Of a stretch of 64,000 bases of DNA, positions 36,963-46,363 are shown piece after piece (positions within the stretch are counted from its first letter, which is position 1; the number at the start of each line of letters is the position of its first letter). Under the pieces are notes generated by a model that did no database searches, was not told the DNA's origin, and saw nothing but the letters and a program-made list of their open reading frames with translations. The translations under genes were made by a program, and so were the position numbers. Source of the stretch: Candidatus Dormiibacterota bacterium (lineage in GTDB: Bacteria > Chloroflexota > Dormibacteria > Aeolococcales > Aeolococcaceae); assembly GCA_963708605.1 (NCBI GenBank), contig CAVPTG010000015.1:51218-115217 (forward strand). Direction: 5' to 3'.

Positions 36963-39237
36963 TGGAGATCGGGACTTCCTCCGCCGCCTCGGGTTCGACG
37001 ATGGGTTTGGGAGCGACCACCAGGGCGTTGCCCCGGCGACCGGCGTCGATCGCGTTGCCCAGCACGACCCGAAGCTCGGTGGTACTCCGCTCCCAGGAAT
37101 GCGCCGCCGCCCACTCGATGCCCGCGGCACTCATCGCATCACGACGCTCCGGATCGCCCAGGAGGCCCACGAGCGCCTCAGCCAGGGCGTGCGGTTCCCC
37201 GTGGGGCACGAGGAGCCCGGTGATGCCGTCGCGCACCGAATCGCGAAGACCGTTGACGTTGGATGCGATTACCGGCAATCCCCGGGCGCCGGCTTCAACG
37301 CATGAAACGCCCCATCCCTCGAATGCCGAAGGACACACGGCCACCCACGCCTGCGCGGCCAGCTGGTCGCGTGCCGCGCCTGGCAGATAGCCGTGGAAGC
37401 GCACGTGGGTTGCCAGCTTGAGAGACCAGGCCAGCCGCTCGAGGCGGGTGCGATCAGGTCCCTGACCGACAATGTCGAGCAGTGCGTTCGGGAACGAGCG
37501 GAGGACGATGGGCATGGCCCGGATGATCACGTCCACGCCCTTCTGAGGCGTCAGCCGGCCCGCGCAGAGAATTCGCGGCTGCGTCGCAGGCTTGCGGTCC
37601 AGCAGCGTGACTTCAACGACCCCGTTGTGGACGATGTGGATCTGGTCCGACCTGAAGCCGAGGCTGACGAGGTCGTCGCGGGTGCTTGCGGATACGGCGA
37701 CGATCGGTGTCTTCCTGTAGACCCTCGGCATCAGGCCGCCCTCGAGCCAGTAGCCGAGCCAGCGAAGGGGCGGGTGTGTCTCGCGACGGAAGATCTCGCG
37801 GTGCACGTGGTGGACCAGGAGCACCTTGGGAATCCGTGCGAAGAGCGGAGTGAAGAACGGGATCCCGTTTTCGCAGTCGACGATAACGTCGTACCGGCCA
37901 CGAAGCCTGAACAGATATGAGATTGCCACGCGCGGGTAGAGGGTGAACCGGCCCCCGACCCGGTGGACTCGTATGCCGTCCAGGAGTTCGTTCCGGCTGC
38001 TCCCCCGGTGCCGCTGGCAGAGCCAGCCGACGTCCATGCCGTTCTCCGCCAGACGGCGTCCGATCTCATGCATGTAGATCTCGGCACCGCCGGACCACGG
38101 ATGACTGATGTCGCGCCAGTTGATGATGAGCACGCGAAGCGGGCGTTGCCGCCCGCGCAGGGGCGAGATCTCACCGAGGCTGGGCCCAAAGAAACCCCGC
38201 ACGAAGGCAACACCGTACGTCAGAGACACGAGCGGCAGCCCGAGCGTGGCCAGGAGCCGATCGCCGAATCGCGCTGGGCCCTTCGCAAACAGGACGCCGA
38301 CCGCCTGCACCACGTAGAGGACGAACAGCAGCGATGCGCCGATGAATTCCGCCAACCGCAGGTGCCGGTAGGGCGTGGCGACAAGGACGATCTCGACAAG
38401 GAGGAAGAGCGTCACGAGGGTAGGAAGCGCGTACGGATAAAAGGGCGCGACCTCTCGGAATCTGCGAGCCATATCGCCTCTCGCACGGCCGTATGCGGCT
38501 GTGTCGGCCAGGAACGGTCCCGGGAACCGCCGCGTGGTGGCGGCAACCGCGAGTTTGGGCTCGTAGTTGATGTCGCAGCCGAGGATCGAGCGAACCTTGT
38601 AGCAGAGGCGAACGGCTTCGCCCCCGACGCTCGGTGACTGGAATCCACCGACATCGCGGAAGACGTCTTCGCGGATCAGCAGGTTGGAGCCGGCAAGCTC
38701 AGAAACCGTACGCGGCTTCTCAGCTCGCGATACGTGCCCCGATGGCGTCGTACCGAGGTGGCTGTTCAGGATCAGCGCGCTGATCCGCTCGGGCCGCCAG
38801 CGGCTTCGTGGAAGAACCGGACCCCCCGCAACCGAGACGGATGGATTGTCGAAGTAGTCGATCACCCGCTCCGCCCATCCGTTCGGAAGCCGGACGCGAT
38901 CATCAACGAAGGCGAGAATCCCGCCGTGTGCCTCGGCGGCGGCACGGTCGAATCGGTCACCCCGCGACGCCGCGTTGTATGCGACCACAGTTATGCCATC
39001 TGGAGCATCGGGCCAGGCCTCACGCGAAGCCACGATGATCTCGCACGACGCATCGCCGATGACAGCCATCATGTCGCGCAGGGATCGAGTCGCGCCGTCG
39101 TGCACCGCATCGACGGCGACGATCAGGCTGAGCGCCGGCGCGTATGAAGCTTGGTGCTCCTCACCGCCCGAATTGGACGATTCCCCGACGTCGATTGATC
39201 CCATTCCCGGCACGCGCGTCTCCCCAGGGACATTCAT
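36952..39237 (-). CDS. Bifunctional membrane glycosyltransferase: N-terminal GT2-like + 4-6 TM helices + C-terminal GT4 domain
   Basis: 761 aa. The GT2-like part is LSLIVAVDAV...ILAFVDDRV. The hydrophobic core is aa ~270-360 (FYPYALPTLVTLFLLVEIVLV, LLFVLYVVQAVGVLF). The GT4 part is LRVLIINWRD..GGAEIY...GRLTPQKGVD...FEGWGVSCVEAGARGLPVIASNVNGLRDSV. Confidence 0.85.
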   Translation of the reverse strand: MNVPGETRVPGMGSIDVGESSNSGGEEHQASYAPALSLIVAVDAVHDGATRSLRDMMAVIGDASCEIIVASREAWPDAPDGITVVAYNAASRGDRFDRAAAEAHGGILAFVDDRVRLPNGWAERVIDYFDNPSVSVAGGPVLPRSRWRPERISALILNSHLGTTPSGHVSRAEKPRTVSELAGSNLLIREDVFRDVGGFQSPSVGGEAVRLCYKVRSILGCDINYEPKLAVAATTRRFPGPFLADTAAYGRARGDMARRFREVAPFYPYALPTLVTLFLLVEIVLVATPYRHLRLAEFIGASLLFVLYVVQAVGVLFAKGPARFGDRLLATLGLPLVSLTYGVAFVRGFFGPSLGEISPLRGRQRPLRVLIINWRDISHPWSGGAEIYMHEIGRRLAENGMDVGWLCQRHRGSSRNELLDGIRVHRVGGRFTLYPRVAISYLFRLRGRYDVIVDCENGIPFFTPLFARIPKVLLVHHVHREIFRRETHPPLRWLGYWLEGGLMPRVYRKTPIVAVSASTRDDLVSLGFRSDQIHIVHNGVVEVTLLDRKPATQPRILCAGRLTPQKGVDVIIRAMPIVLRSFPNALLDIVGQGPDRTRLERLAWSLKLATHVRFHGYLPGAARDQLAAQAWVAVCPSAFEGWGVSCVEAGARGLPVIASNVNGLRDSVRDGITGLLVPHGEPHALAEALVGLLGDPERRDAMSAAGIEWAAAHSWERSTTELRVVLGNAIDAGRRGNALVVAPKPIVEPEAAEEVPISNVG

Positions 39238-39367
39238 GTCCGCCCGCCAGACCCCCGTCTACTGCGGCCCCCTCCCTAATGGAGGACGCATTAAGAGTGC
39301 ATTATGGCGGCCGTGACTTAGGCCGTCAAGCGCGTCGAACAAACCGAACCTGGTAACCGTCTGGCGG

Positions 39368-40498
39368 CTATCGAGTCACCGCCAAGTGTACTGAAGCTGA
39401 GGCGGAACCGCTCCGGACCAGCTGTCCGAACGTGCAATGCGAAACCGCCCCCTGAGCCACCGCCTGTGCATTGATCACGATGTCGTTGTGGCCCAGGTTG
39501 CAGCCGGAGAGCACGAGGTTGGTCACGTCTCCGATGGTCAAGCTGTACCCGCTTGCGGTCATCGTGAGACCCTCGATGGTTACGTTCCGCGCCACCTTGC
39601 CGACGCCCGCGGGACCGATGATGCCAACCTTGCCGCCCTGGCCGCTGCTCGTGAAGTCGACGATGGTGATGTTGTCCGCCGGCGGCGTCAGCCAGAAGCC
39701 ATTTCGCGCGCCGCATTGCTGGGCGCCCGGAGTGTAGTGGTAGTTTGTGACAGTCGTCGACTGATCGACGTAGAGCGCGAGCCGCGACCCCGTGTGCGTG
39801 ACATTTGTGATCGAGCCGTTCTCCTGGAAGCTCCACGAGAATCCGTCGTTACAGTCCAGCTCGTTCAGGTTGAGATCATTCACGACGTTGCCGGTGTTAT
39901 ACAGCGGCGCTGAGGGCTTGGCGCCCTTGGGACCCGCGTAATAGATGGCGAAATGATCAGGGCCGCCCAGTATCGCGGTCCTCAGAAGGCTGGTGTCGTT
40001 GGCCCTCACGAAGAGCGCGGCACCGCCGCCGAACGTCTTCGTGTCGAGGGTCAAATCCTCGACGATCGAGTGGTCGACCTGAACGCCGAGGAGACCCTTG
40101 TTCGCCTTCCCCTCGATCAACGATGTTTGATCCCGACCGGCCCCCTGCAACGTGATCGGGGCCGTCCCCGCAATGACGACCGATCCACCCGTCCCGGTCT
40201 TCGCAGCATTGAAGAGGTATTTCCCCGCTGGGACGTAGACGACACCACCCCCTGACGCTTCGGCCGCCTGGATCGCGTTCGCGAAGGCCTTGGTGTTGTC
40301 GCTCTGGTTGTCCCCGCGCGCGCCATAGGAGGCGACGTTGAAGGTGTGTCCGCTGAGTGTCGGGCTCGGCGGTGGCGGCGTTGGCACCACCGATGTCGAT
40401 CCGCATCCCGCCACCACCGCAACGCTCAGAAGCGCCACGGCTCTGACGCCGGCGGTCCTGGGGCGGCACCGCGACAGCGGGCAGGTTCTGGTGGTCAC
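39368..40498 (-). CDS. Beta-helix (pectate-lyase superfamily) lipoprotein, paralogue of 15441..16880; candidate glycan hydrolase/lyase/epimerase
   Basis: Track ORF 39368..40606. I prefer the GTG at 40498 after AAGGA, which gives the lipobox LLSVAVVAGC. The motif FNVASYGARGDNQSDNTKAFANAIQAAEASGGGVVYVPAGKYLF is followed by beta-helix turns. Confidence 0.7.
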   Translation of the reverse strand: MTTRTCPLSRCRPRTAGVRAVALLSVAVVAGCGSTSVVPTPPPPSPTLSGHTFNVASYGARGDNQSDNTKAFANAIQAAEASGGGVVYVPAGKYLFNAAKTGTGGSVVIAGTAPITLQGAGRDQTSLIEGKANKGLLGVQVDHSIVEDLTLDTKTFGGGAALFVRANDTSLLRTAILGGPDHFAIYYAGPKGAKPSAPLYNTGNVVNDLNLNELDCNDGFSWSFQENGSITNVTHTGSRLALYVDQSTTVTNYHYTPGAQQCGARNGFWLTPPADNITIVDFTSSGQGGKVGIIGPAGVGKVARNVTIEGLTMTASGYSLTIGDVTNLVLSGCNLGHNDIVINAQAVAQGAVSHCTFGQLVRSGSASASVHLAVTR

Positions 40499-40655
40499 CC
40501 GGTCCTTGCTTTCGTAAGATGGATTCGAAGCGCCACGTCTATGCCCTCTTCGGTCGTTGCGCACTCCCCAAGGCCCATGCTGACGACTGCGTCGGGTCGG
40601 ATCCATGAGAGATCACTGAGAGGAGCCGTCCCCTCGACGATCGGTCTCGACTAGC

Positions 40656-41630
40656 ATGGAATCCAGTATGCGGATCCTTATCGCTGGCACGCACCGTTGC
40701 GGTTCGACCTGGGTGGCAAACGTGCTCGGTCAGTCACCCGGCATCCACAACGTATACGAACCTGACAGTCCGTACACGGACATTCTGGGCACGGTCGTAC
40801 GCAACCGCTTGGGTGAGTACCCGTCGCTCGAGCCGGGCCAGCGGTCGTCCTGGTATTCGATGGTATGGGATCTCGCCTTCGCCGGAGGCTGGCCGTGGAG
40901 CCGGTCGCCATCCGCTCGGAAGCTCGGCCGCGGACTCTCGAGGTCACCCGCAGCCCTTCGTGACCATGGTGTCGCGGTCCTGGCGCGAAGCGTCTCGGCG
41001 GCAGCGCCGCGACACGACCCGCACGTCATCGTCAAGTCCGCGAACTGCGGTTTCTCGGTCGAGTGGATCGAGCGTCGCTACCACCCGCGGGTGGTGATCC
41101 AGCGTCGCAACCCACTGAACGTCGTCTCGAGTTGGATGGCGCTCAACATCGAGCCGTATCGTTTCGACGATGCCGCGCTGCAACACCGGTGGCTTGACCC
41201 CCATGGATTGACTCGGCGAACGACATTCCCGTCACGGGTCGCTGAAGTCGCGTGGACGGTCGGGGTGCTCAGCGTTGCGCTCAAGGATGCGGCGGCTCGT
41301 CACCCAAACTGGATCGTGGTCTCACACGACGATCTGTCGCTCGATCCCTATGAAGGCTTCACATCGCTGTTCGCTCGTCTTGGTCTGCCGTGGACACCTC
41401 GGGTGAAGGCGTACCTCGAGGCCGCGGATGACCCGGCGTTCGTCGTCACCGGCGCGAACCCGCGCGGACACCCCAACGCGCAGACCGCAGCCGCGGATGG
41501 TACAAGCCGACGTGTTCAGCAGGCGACCCAGTATCGGCGCCGGCTGACCCCGACCCAGGTTGCAGAGGCGCGAGCGGTCCTGGGCGACCTGCCACTCGGT
41601 GAGTGGGGCGTCCCAAGCGGCGCAGCGTAA
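40656..41630 (+). CDS. Sulfotransferase-fold protein, paralogue 3 (subfamily B)
   Basis: MRILIAGTHRCGSTWVANVLG (5'-PSB-like) and VVIQRRNPLNVVSSW (3'-PB-like), plus YEPD, WDLAFAGGWPW, VIVKS and SHDDL. It is divergent from the GT operon. Confidence 0.75.
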   Translation: MESSMRILIAGTHRCGSTWVANVLGQSPGIHNVYEPDSPYTDILGTVVRNRLGEYPSLEPGQRSSWYSMVWDLAFAGGWPWSRSPSARKLGRGLSRSPAALRDHGVAVLARSVSAAAPRHDPHVIVKSANCGFSVEWIERRYHPRVVIQRRNPLNVVSSWMALNIEPYRFDDAALQHRWLDPHGLTRRTTFPSRVAEVAWTVGVLSVALKDAAARHPNWIVVSHDDLSLDPYEGFTSLFARLGLPWTPRVKAYLEAADDPAFVVTGANPRGHPNAQTAAADGTSRRVQQATQYRRRLTPTQVAEARAVLGDLPLGEWGVPSGAA

Positions 41631-41825
41631 CGCTTGCCAAGGCGCTGTCGCCGCGGTATGCTCGGCCTCCGAAGAGAGTGGAAGGGCGGCGAGGGGGATC
41701 AAGGGGGCGAATGACGTGGCGCAGCACCTACCAGTGACGTCAACATCCGTGCCAGTCTCAAGTGCGTTGCTGATCAACGCATTCGGGTGTTTTGGTCATG
41801 ACTGAGGAACCGCGACTTCCGTCCG

Positions 41826-42518
41826 GTGAACGAGTCGCATTGCCCCGAACTCCACGGCGAAACTCAGCCATGCCTGCTGTACCTGGTTCGTCACGGCACC
41901 ACCACGATGAACAAGGAGAACCGCTATCGCGGGCGGCGCGACATCCCGCTCGACGCGCAGGGATACCAGGACGCGGTTGATGCGGCGCGGTTCCTTGGCC
42001 GTTGTGGAATCTCCTCCGTGTACACGGGTCCCCTTCGCCGGACCATCGCCACAGCGCAGATCATTGCCGACGAGGCGGGGGTACCGGACATCCGCATCCT
42101 CCACGGCCTCGTCAACCTTGACTACGGTGCGTGGGAGGGGATGACCGCGGAAGAGGCGGCCATGTACGACCCGGCTGCATTCGGTCTCTATCGATCGTCG
42201 CCTCTGGCATGCATCTGCCCGAACGGCGAGCGACTCAATCAGGCGCAGGATCGCATGCTCGAAGCCCTCAGGCTGATGGGCGCTCGCCATCAGGGCGAGA
42301 GAGTCGCCGCCGTGACGCATGCGGTGATGATTCGCCTGGTGCTGTCGTCGATCCTCGATCTCCCCGGTGAGGACTGGCGGGTTCCGCTCGGCAGAGGTTC
42401 GATCACCGAGATGATCATCGACGGCGGCAACATCACCCTTGGGCCGGGTCCCGGATACGGTGGCTCGGCAGACGAGAAGCCAGAGGTCCCGTCGTTGCGA
42501 GCTGCCACCTCGAACTGA
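41826..42518 (+). CDS. Histidine phosphatase family protein (phosphoglycerate-mutase-like)
   Basis: The catalytic RHG motif LYLVRHGTTTMN is followed by GRRDIPLDAQG, TGPLRRTIATAQ and VTHAVMIR. Confidence 0.85.
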   Translation: MNESHCPELHGETQPCLLYLVRHGTTTMNKENRYRGRRDIPLDAQGYQDAVDAARFLGRCGISSVYTGPLRRTIATAQIIADEAGVPDIRILHGLVNLDYGAWEGMTAEEAAMYDPAAFGLYRSSPLACICPNGERLNQAQDRMLEALRLMGARHQGERVAAVTHAVMIRLVLSSILDLPGEDWRVPLGRGSITEMIIDGGNITLGPGPGYGGSADEKPEVPSLRAATSN

Positions 42519-42529
42519 TCCCTCTGGGA

Positions 42530-42564
42530 ATCACGATCACCTCGGGCTCCGGGGTGATCGTGAT
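42530..42564. terminator. Bidirectional terminator-like hairpin between convergent genes
   Basis: Perfect 12-bp stem ATCACGATCACC / GGTGATCGTGAT with an 11-nt loop. Confidence 0.55.
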
Positions 42565-42592
42565 GCTCTCGGTTCGGCGTTGACTCCAGTCG

Positions 42593-43432
42593 CTACGGCG
42601 TTGGTGGGGTTGGCCGCCGACGAGCGCTTCGGGCGATCGCCGTAATCCCGACCAGGATGAGGAGGGCTCCGGTGATCGGCAGCGTCAGGCCTCCAGACCC
42701 GGTCCCCGGCGTCGTGATGCCCTGGACGCCACCGACTGGCGTCGGACTGGAGGTCGCCGGCGAAACAGACCCCGTCGGTGTCGGCAACGGCGTCGGCGTG
42801 GCGGTCGGGGTCGGAGTTGGGGTCGGCGGGGTGCACGCCGCCGAGCGGTTGCCGACCTGCCCGTCGACCCAACGATGCTCGGTACGGTACTGGCCGATCA
42901 TCATCGTCGCGAGCGGTTCCCCATAAACAAGATCGACCTGGAAGGCGCAGTCAGGGACATGAACGGTCAGTACCTGCGATGCGGCGGCCAGGCACGGATC
43001 GTTCGCCGAATCAGGATCTGCCCCCGGACTGAAGCTCGAGCAATCGAACAGGTTCTGCTGGGAACTGGTGCTGGAAGCGGTATTGCTGACGAGGGTGATC
43101 TCTGCGTCCGCGTTTCCAGGAGCCGTCGGTGCGAGGGTGAAATGCGCCGTTACGATATCGCCAGATGAAACGTTGCCGAACAGCGTGCAGACTGTTGTGG
43201 TCTGACCGGCGTGCTCAATGGAGAACCAGTAGCTCTCCAACACCTTGTTGGTGGAGTTCGTCGGATCGTTGAGGTTGGGCTGGTGCTCGCACGTGGGAGC
43301 GGTGGTCACTTGCTTGGGATGACGCGCTGCGGCTTGCACCGGCAACATGCCAACCGTGAATAGAAAAACGCCGGCTACCAGAATCGAGACCGCGCCGGCT
43401 CGACGCAGCAGTCCTCCCGCCCGGAGCACCAT
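42593..43432 (-). CDS. Secreted Cys-containing hypothetical protein with PT-rich linker and C-terminal cell-surface sorting-type signal (VQGITTPGTG + TM + RRR)
   Basis: Track ORF 42593..43465. The ATG at 43432 is preceded by GGAGG. It has a signal anchor, a PT linker TPPTPTPTPTATPTPLPTPTG, and a tripartite C-terminus GVQGITTPGTGSGGLTLPITGALLILVGITAIARSARRR. Confidence 0.6.
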   Translation of the reverse strand: MVLRAGGLLRRAGAVSILVAGVFLFTVGMLPVQAAARHPKQVTTAPTCEHQPNLNDPTNSTNKVLESYWFSIEHAGQTTTVCTLFGNVSSGDIVTAHFTLAPTAPGNADAEITLVSNTASSTSSQQNLFDCSSFSPGADPDSANDPCLAAASQVLTVHVPDCAFQVDLVYGEPLATMMIGQYRTEHRWVDGQVGNRSAACTPPTPTPTPTATPTPLPTPTGSVSPATSSPTPVGGVQGITTPGTGSGGLTLPITGALLILVGITAIARSARRRPTPPTP

Positions 43433-43543
43433 GTATTTGCCTCCAGTGCCTTTCCGCCACGCCATGAAACTTTCGGGGCGTATGGAGCGTGATCATATGC
43501 TAGGCGGACCCGAGAACTCAACAACGATCTCACGAGGAGACGA

Positions 43544-44356
43544 GTGAAGACTGTCGCAGACGAGACAACGCCCGAAGAGGCCACATGGACCGACCACGAG
43601 GTGGCCCGCCAGATCGCCGAAGAAGCCGGCCGTCTGCTGATCGACCTGCGTCGCTCCGTCCCTCTGTCAGCTGATGACCGCTGGCTGCGCGACCAAGGCG
43701 ACGCGCGCTCGCACAGGTTGATCATGGGCCGCCTCGCCCAGCTGCGACCCGATGACGCGATCCTTTCTGAGGAAGGCAAGGACGATCAGGAGCGCCTCCA
43801 GCATCGGCGCGTCTGGGTCGTCGATCCGCTGGATGGCACCCGGGAGTACGGAGAGCCTCCTCGCGACGACTGGGCTGTTCATGTCGCCCTGTGCATCGAT
43901 GGCATGCCGGTTGCGGGCTCGGTCGCTCTCCCGGCGCAGGGACGGCTTCTCACCACCGCGAACTCCTTCCCGGACGCTCCTCCGGACGGCGTCCCCCTGC
44001 GGATGGTGGCGAGCCGCACGCGCGCACCGGCAATCGTGACCGAGATCGCAGCCGCGCTCGGCGCTGAGCTCATCTACATGGGTTCGGCAGGAGCCAAGGC
44101 GATGACGGTGGTCTCCGGCGGGGCCGACGTATATCTGCATGCGGGTGGACAATACGAGTGGGATTCAGCCGCGCCGGTGGCTGTGGCGCTGGCCGCGGGA
44201 CTGCACTGCTCACGCATCGACGGATCGTCGCTCGTCTACAACCAACCGAATCCGTATTTGCCCGATCTCCTTATCTGCAAACGATCAATTGCCCGAGAGG
44301 TGCTGGCTTTGGTGGCCGCGCATACCGGGTCGGATACACTCGCGCAGGGTTCTTGA
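43544..44356 (+). CDS. cysQ: 3'(2'),5'-bisphosphate nucleotidase (PAP phosphatase), inositol-monophosphatase superfamily
   Basis: GTG start after GAGGAGA. IMPase motifs are ILSEEG and WVVDPLDGTREY, plus the C-terminal WDSAAPVAVALAAG. Size and motif spacing resemble actinobacterial CysQ. Confidence 0.8.
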   Translation: MKTVADETTPEEATWTDHEVARQIAEEAGRLLIDLRRSVPLSADDRWLRDQGDARSHRLIMGRLAQLRPDDAILSEEGKDDQERLQHRRVWVVDPLDGTREYGEPPRDDWAVHVALCIDGMPVAGSVALPAQGRLLTTANSFPDAPPDGVPLRMVASRTRAPAIVTEIAAALGAELIYMGSAGAKAMTVVSGGADVYLHAGGQYEWDSAAPVAVALAAGLHCSRIDGSSLVYNQPNPYLPDLLICKRSIAREVLALVAAHTGSDTLAQGS

Positions 44357-44499
44357 TTTGGCGCCGATGGTGTATGATCGGGGTCTCCGGGGCGCTGCCG
44401 CGGAGCGACGGGCGTGGGGTGTCGGTGACCTCCGGGGAGGCATCGGAATCGCGGTGAAACACAGATGACGTGGTCTATGGAAGGGAAGGACGCAGAGAG

Positions 44500-45588
44500 A
44501 TGAAAACGCAAACACTGCTACGCAGACTCCTTATCGCGACCGGCGTGGTCGTGGTGCTCTTTGCTATTGCGTTCGGACCCACGGTCATCGCCCATTTCAC
44601 AAAGAGACAGCTGCCGCCGGCACTGGCGACAGCGGCCGATCAAAGCTTCCCGGTGTTGGCGACCGCGTCCGGTGTGCTCCAACCTGGTCAGCTTGAGAAC
44701 GTCAACTTTCCGATCGCGGGTCAGGTCCAGTCCGTCGACGTACAGGTGGGGAGCAAGGTCACCGCTCGTCAGCTTCTCGCGGCGCTCAACGACAGCACTC
44801 AGCAAGCGGAGTTGAATGCAGCCAACTACGCGGTGAGCGCTGCCCAGGCGGCCATCGCGCAGGCGCAGGCGAGCGGATCGAGCGCACAGGTGTCTCAGGC
44901 GGAGGCGCAGCTGGCCCAGGCACAGGTTGAAGTGATACGAGCAAGGAATGATGATGCCGCCACTCGACTGCTCGCGCCCGAAACCGGGACCGTTCTCCAA
45001 GTGAACGGCGTCCCGGGCGACAGCGTGAGCGCCGGGAACTCGGGCCCCACCAACCCGTCGACCAATGGTGGGTCCGCGATAGCCAACGGTTTCATCGTCA
45101 TCGGCAACAATTCGAGCTTCGAGTTCTGGGCGCCATTCAGCCAGTCTGAGGATGTGTTCCTTGCGCCCAACCAGACCGCGACTGTGACCGTTGATGCGTT
45201 GCCAGGGCTTTCCCTTCCGGCCGTTGTCAAACTAATTGAACCGAGCGCGATTCAGGTGGGCGGTGTTCCCGAGTACTACGCCGACATCGCGCTCACCGCC
45301 ACGGATCCCAAGCTGAGAAGTGGTCAGACGGGATCCGTGAACGTCGTTATCGCCAAGGCGGTCAACGTCCTCTCGGTTCCATCGACAGCGTTGTTCACCG
45401 GGGCGAACGGCGCGCTGCAGGTCGACGTCTGGTCCGGAGGTCAGGCGTATCCGACGACGGTCACCATCGGCGACGTCGGGATCAAGTGGACGCAGATCCT
45501 CTCAGGGTTGGTCCCGGGCGAGCAGGTCGTCCTCTCGCCGGCGGGCCAGACCTTGCTGCCGACGGCCTCATCGCCTTCTCCATCGTGA
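44500..45588 (+). CDS. HlyD/MacA-type periplasmic adaptor (membrane fusion protein)
   Basis: Track ORF 44470..45588. The ATG at 44500 is preceded by GGAAGGA. It has an N-terminal TM anchor, a lipoyl-like segment (GQVQSVDVQVGSKVTARQLLA), a coiled coil (QQAELNAANYAVSAAQAAIAQAQ...) and the motif LLAPETGTVLQVNG. Confidence 0.8.
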   Translation: MKTQTLLRRLLIATGVVVVLFAIAFGPTVIAHFTKRQLPPALATAADQSFPVLATASGVLQPGQLENVNFPIAGQVQSVDVQVGSKVTARQLLAALNDSTQQAELNAANYAVSAAQAAIAQAQASGSSAQVSQAEAQLAQAQVEVIRARNDDAATRLLAPETGTVLQVNGVPGDSVSAGNSGPTNPSTNGGSAIANGFIVIGNNSSFEFWAPFSQSEDVFLAPNQTATVTVDALPGLSLPAVVKLIEPSAIQVGGVPEYYADIALTATDPKLRSGQTGSVNVVIAKAVNVLSVPSTALFTGANGALQVDVWSGGQAYPTTVTIGDVGIKWTQILSGLVPGEQVVLSPAGQTLLPTASSPSPS

Positions 45589-45619
45589 CCAACCAGGCAC
45601 CCTGAGACGCCACGCATAC

Positions 45620-46363
45620 ATGATTGAGCTTGCATCGGTCGGCAAGATATACGGCAGCGCTTCTGCTCCGGTCACCGCGCTGAGAGATGTGAATCTGATC
45701 ATCCAGCGGGGTGAGTTCGTCGCCATCGTTGGCCCGTCCGGCTCCGGAAAATCGACGTTGCTCAACCTCATCGGCTGCCTCGACCAGCCGTCATCGGGCC
45801 GCCTTCTCTTCCTCGGCGAGGATACGAGTTTGCTGAACGACACCAAGTTGTCTCGCATCCGCAATCGCTCGATCGGGTTTGTGTTCCAGATGTTCAACCT
45901 GGTACCGGAGCTGACGGTCTTCGAGAACATTGAACTGCCTCTCGTCTATGCCGGCATCACCCGACATCGTCGGGCGCTGACGACAAAGGCCCTTGAGCGA
46001 GTTGGCATGGCACATCGAGCCGGGCATCGAGCAAGCCTGCTCTCGGGCGGGGAGCAGCAGCGGGTTGCGATCGCAAGGGCGATCGTCAACGACCCAGCGC
46101 TCATCCTCGCGGACGAGCCCACCGGCAGCATCGACCCGGAGAGTGCGGAGGGGGTGATGCAGCTCCTCGGAGAGCTGCACGACCAAGCGCGAACCATTGT
46201 GCTCGTAACCCACAACATGTCTGTCGCAGCCTTGGCGCAGCGAGTGGTGCGGATCGAGTCCGGCACCATCAGCGAGATCAGCCACAGCATTTCGCCGGCT
46301 GTCGCCAATGGCACCGCGATGCCGAGCGCCCCGCTCGCGAGCTCGGTCCGCGCGGTCGAATGA
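45620..46363 (+). CDS. ABC transporter ATP-binding protein (MacB/LolD-type)
   Basis: Walker A GPSGSGKST, Q-loop, signature LSGGEQQRVAIARA, Walker B LILADEPTG. Confidence 0.92.
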   Translation: MIELASVGKIYGSASAPVTALRDVNLIIQRGEFVAIVGPSGSGKSTLLNLIGCLDQPSSGRLLFLGEDTSLLNDTKLSRIRNRSIGFVFQMFNLVPELTVFENIELPLVYAGITRHRRALTTKALERVGMAHRAGHRASLLSGGEQQRVAIARAIVNDPALILADEPTGSIDPESAEGVMQLLGELHDQARTIVLVTHNMSVAALAQRVVRIESGTISEISHSISPAVANGTAMPSAPLASSVRAVE

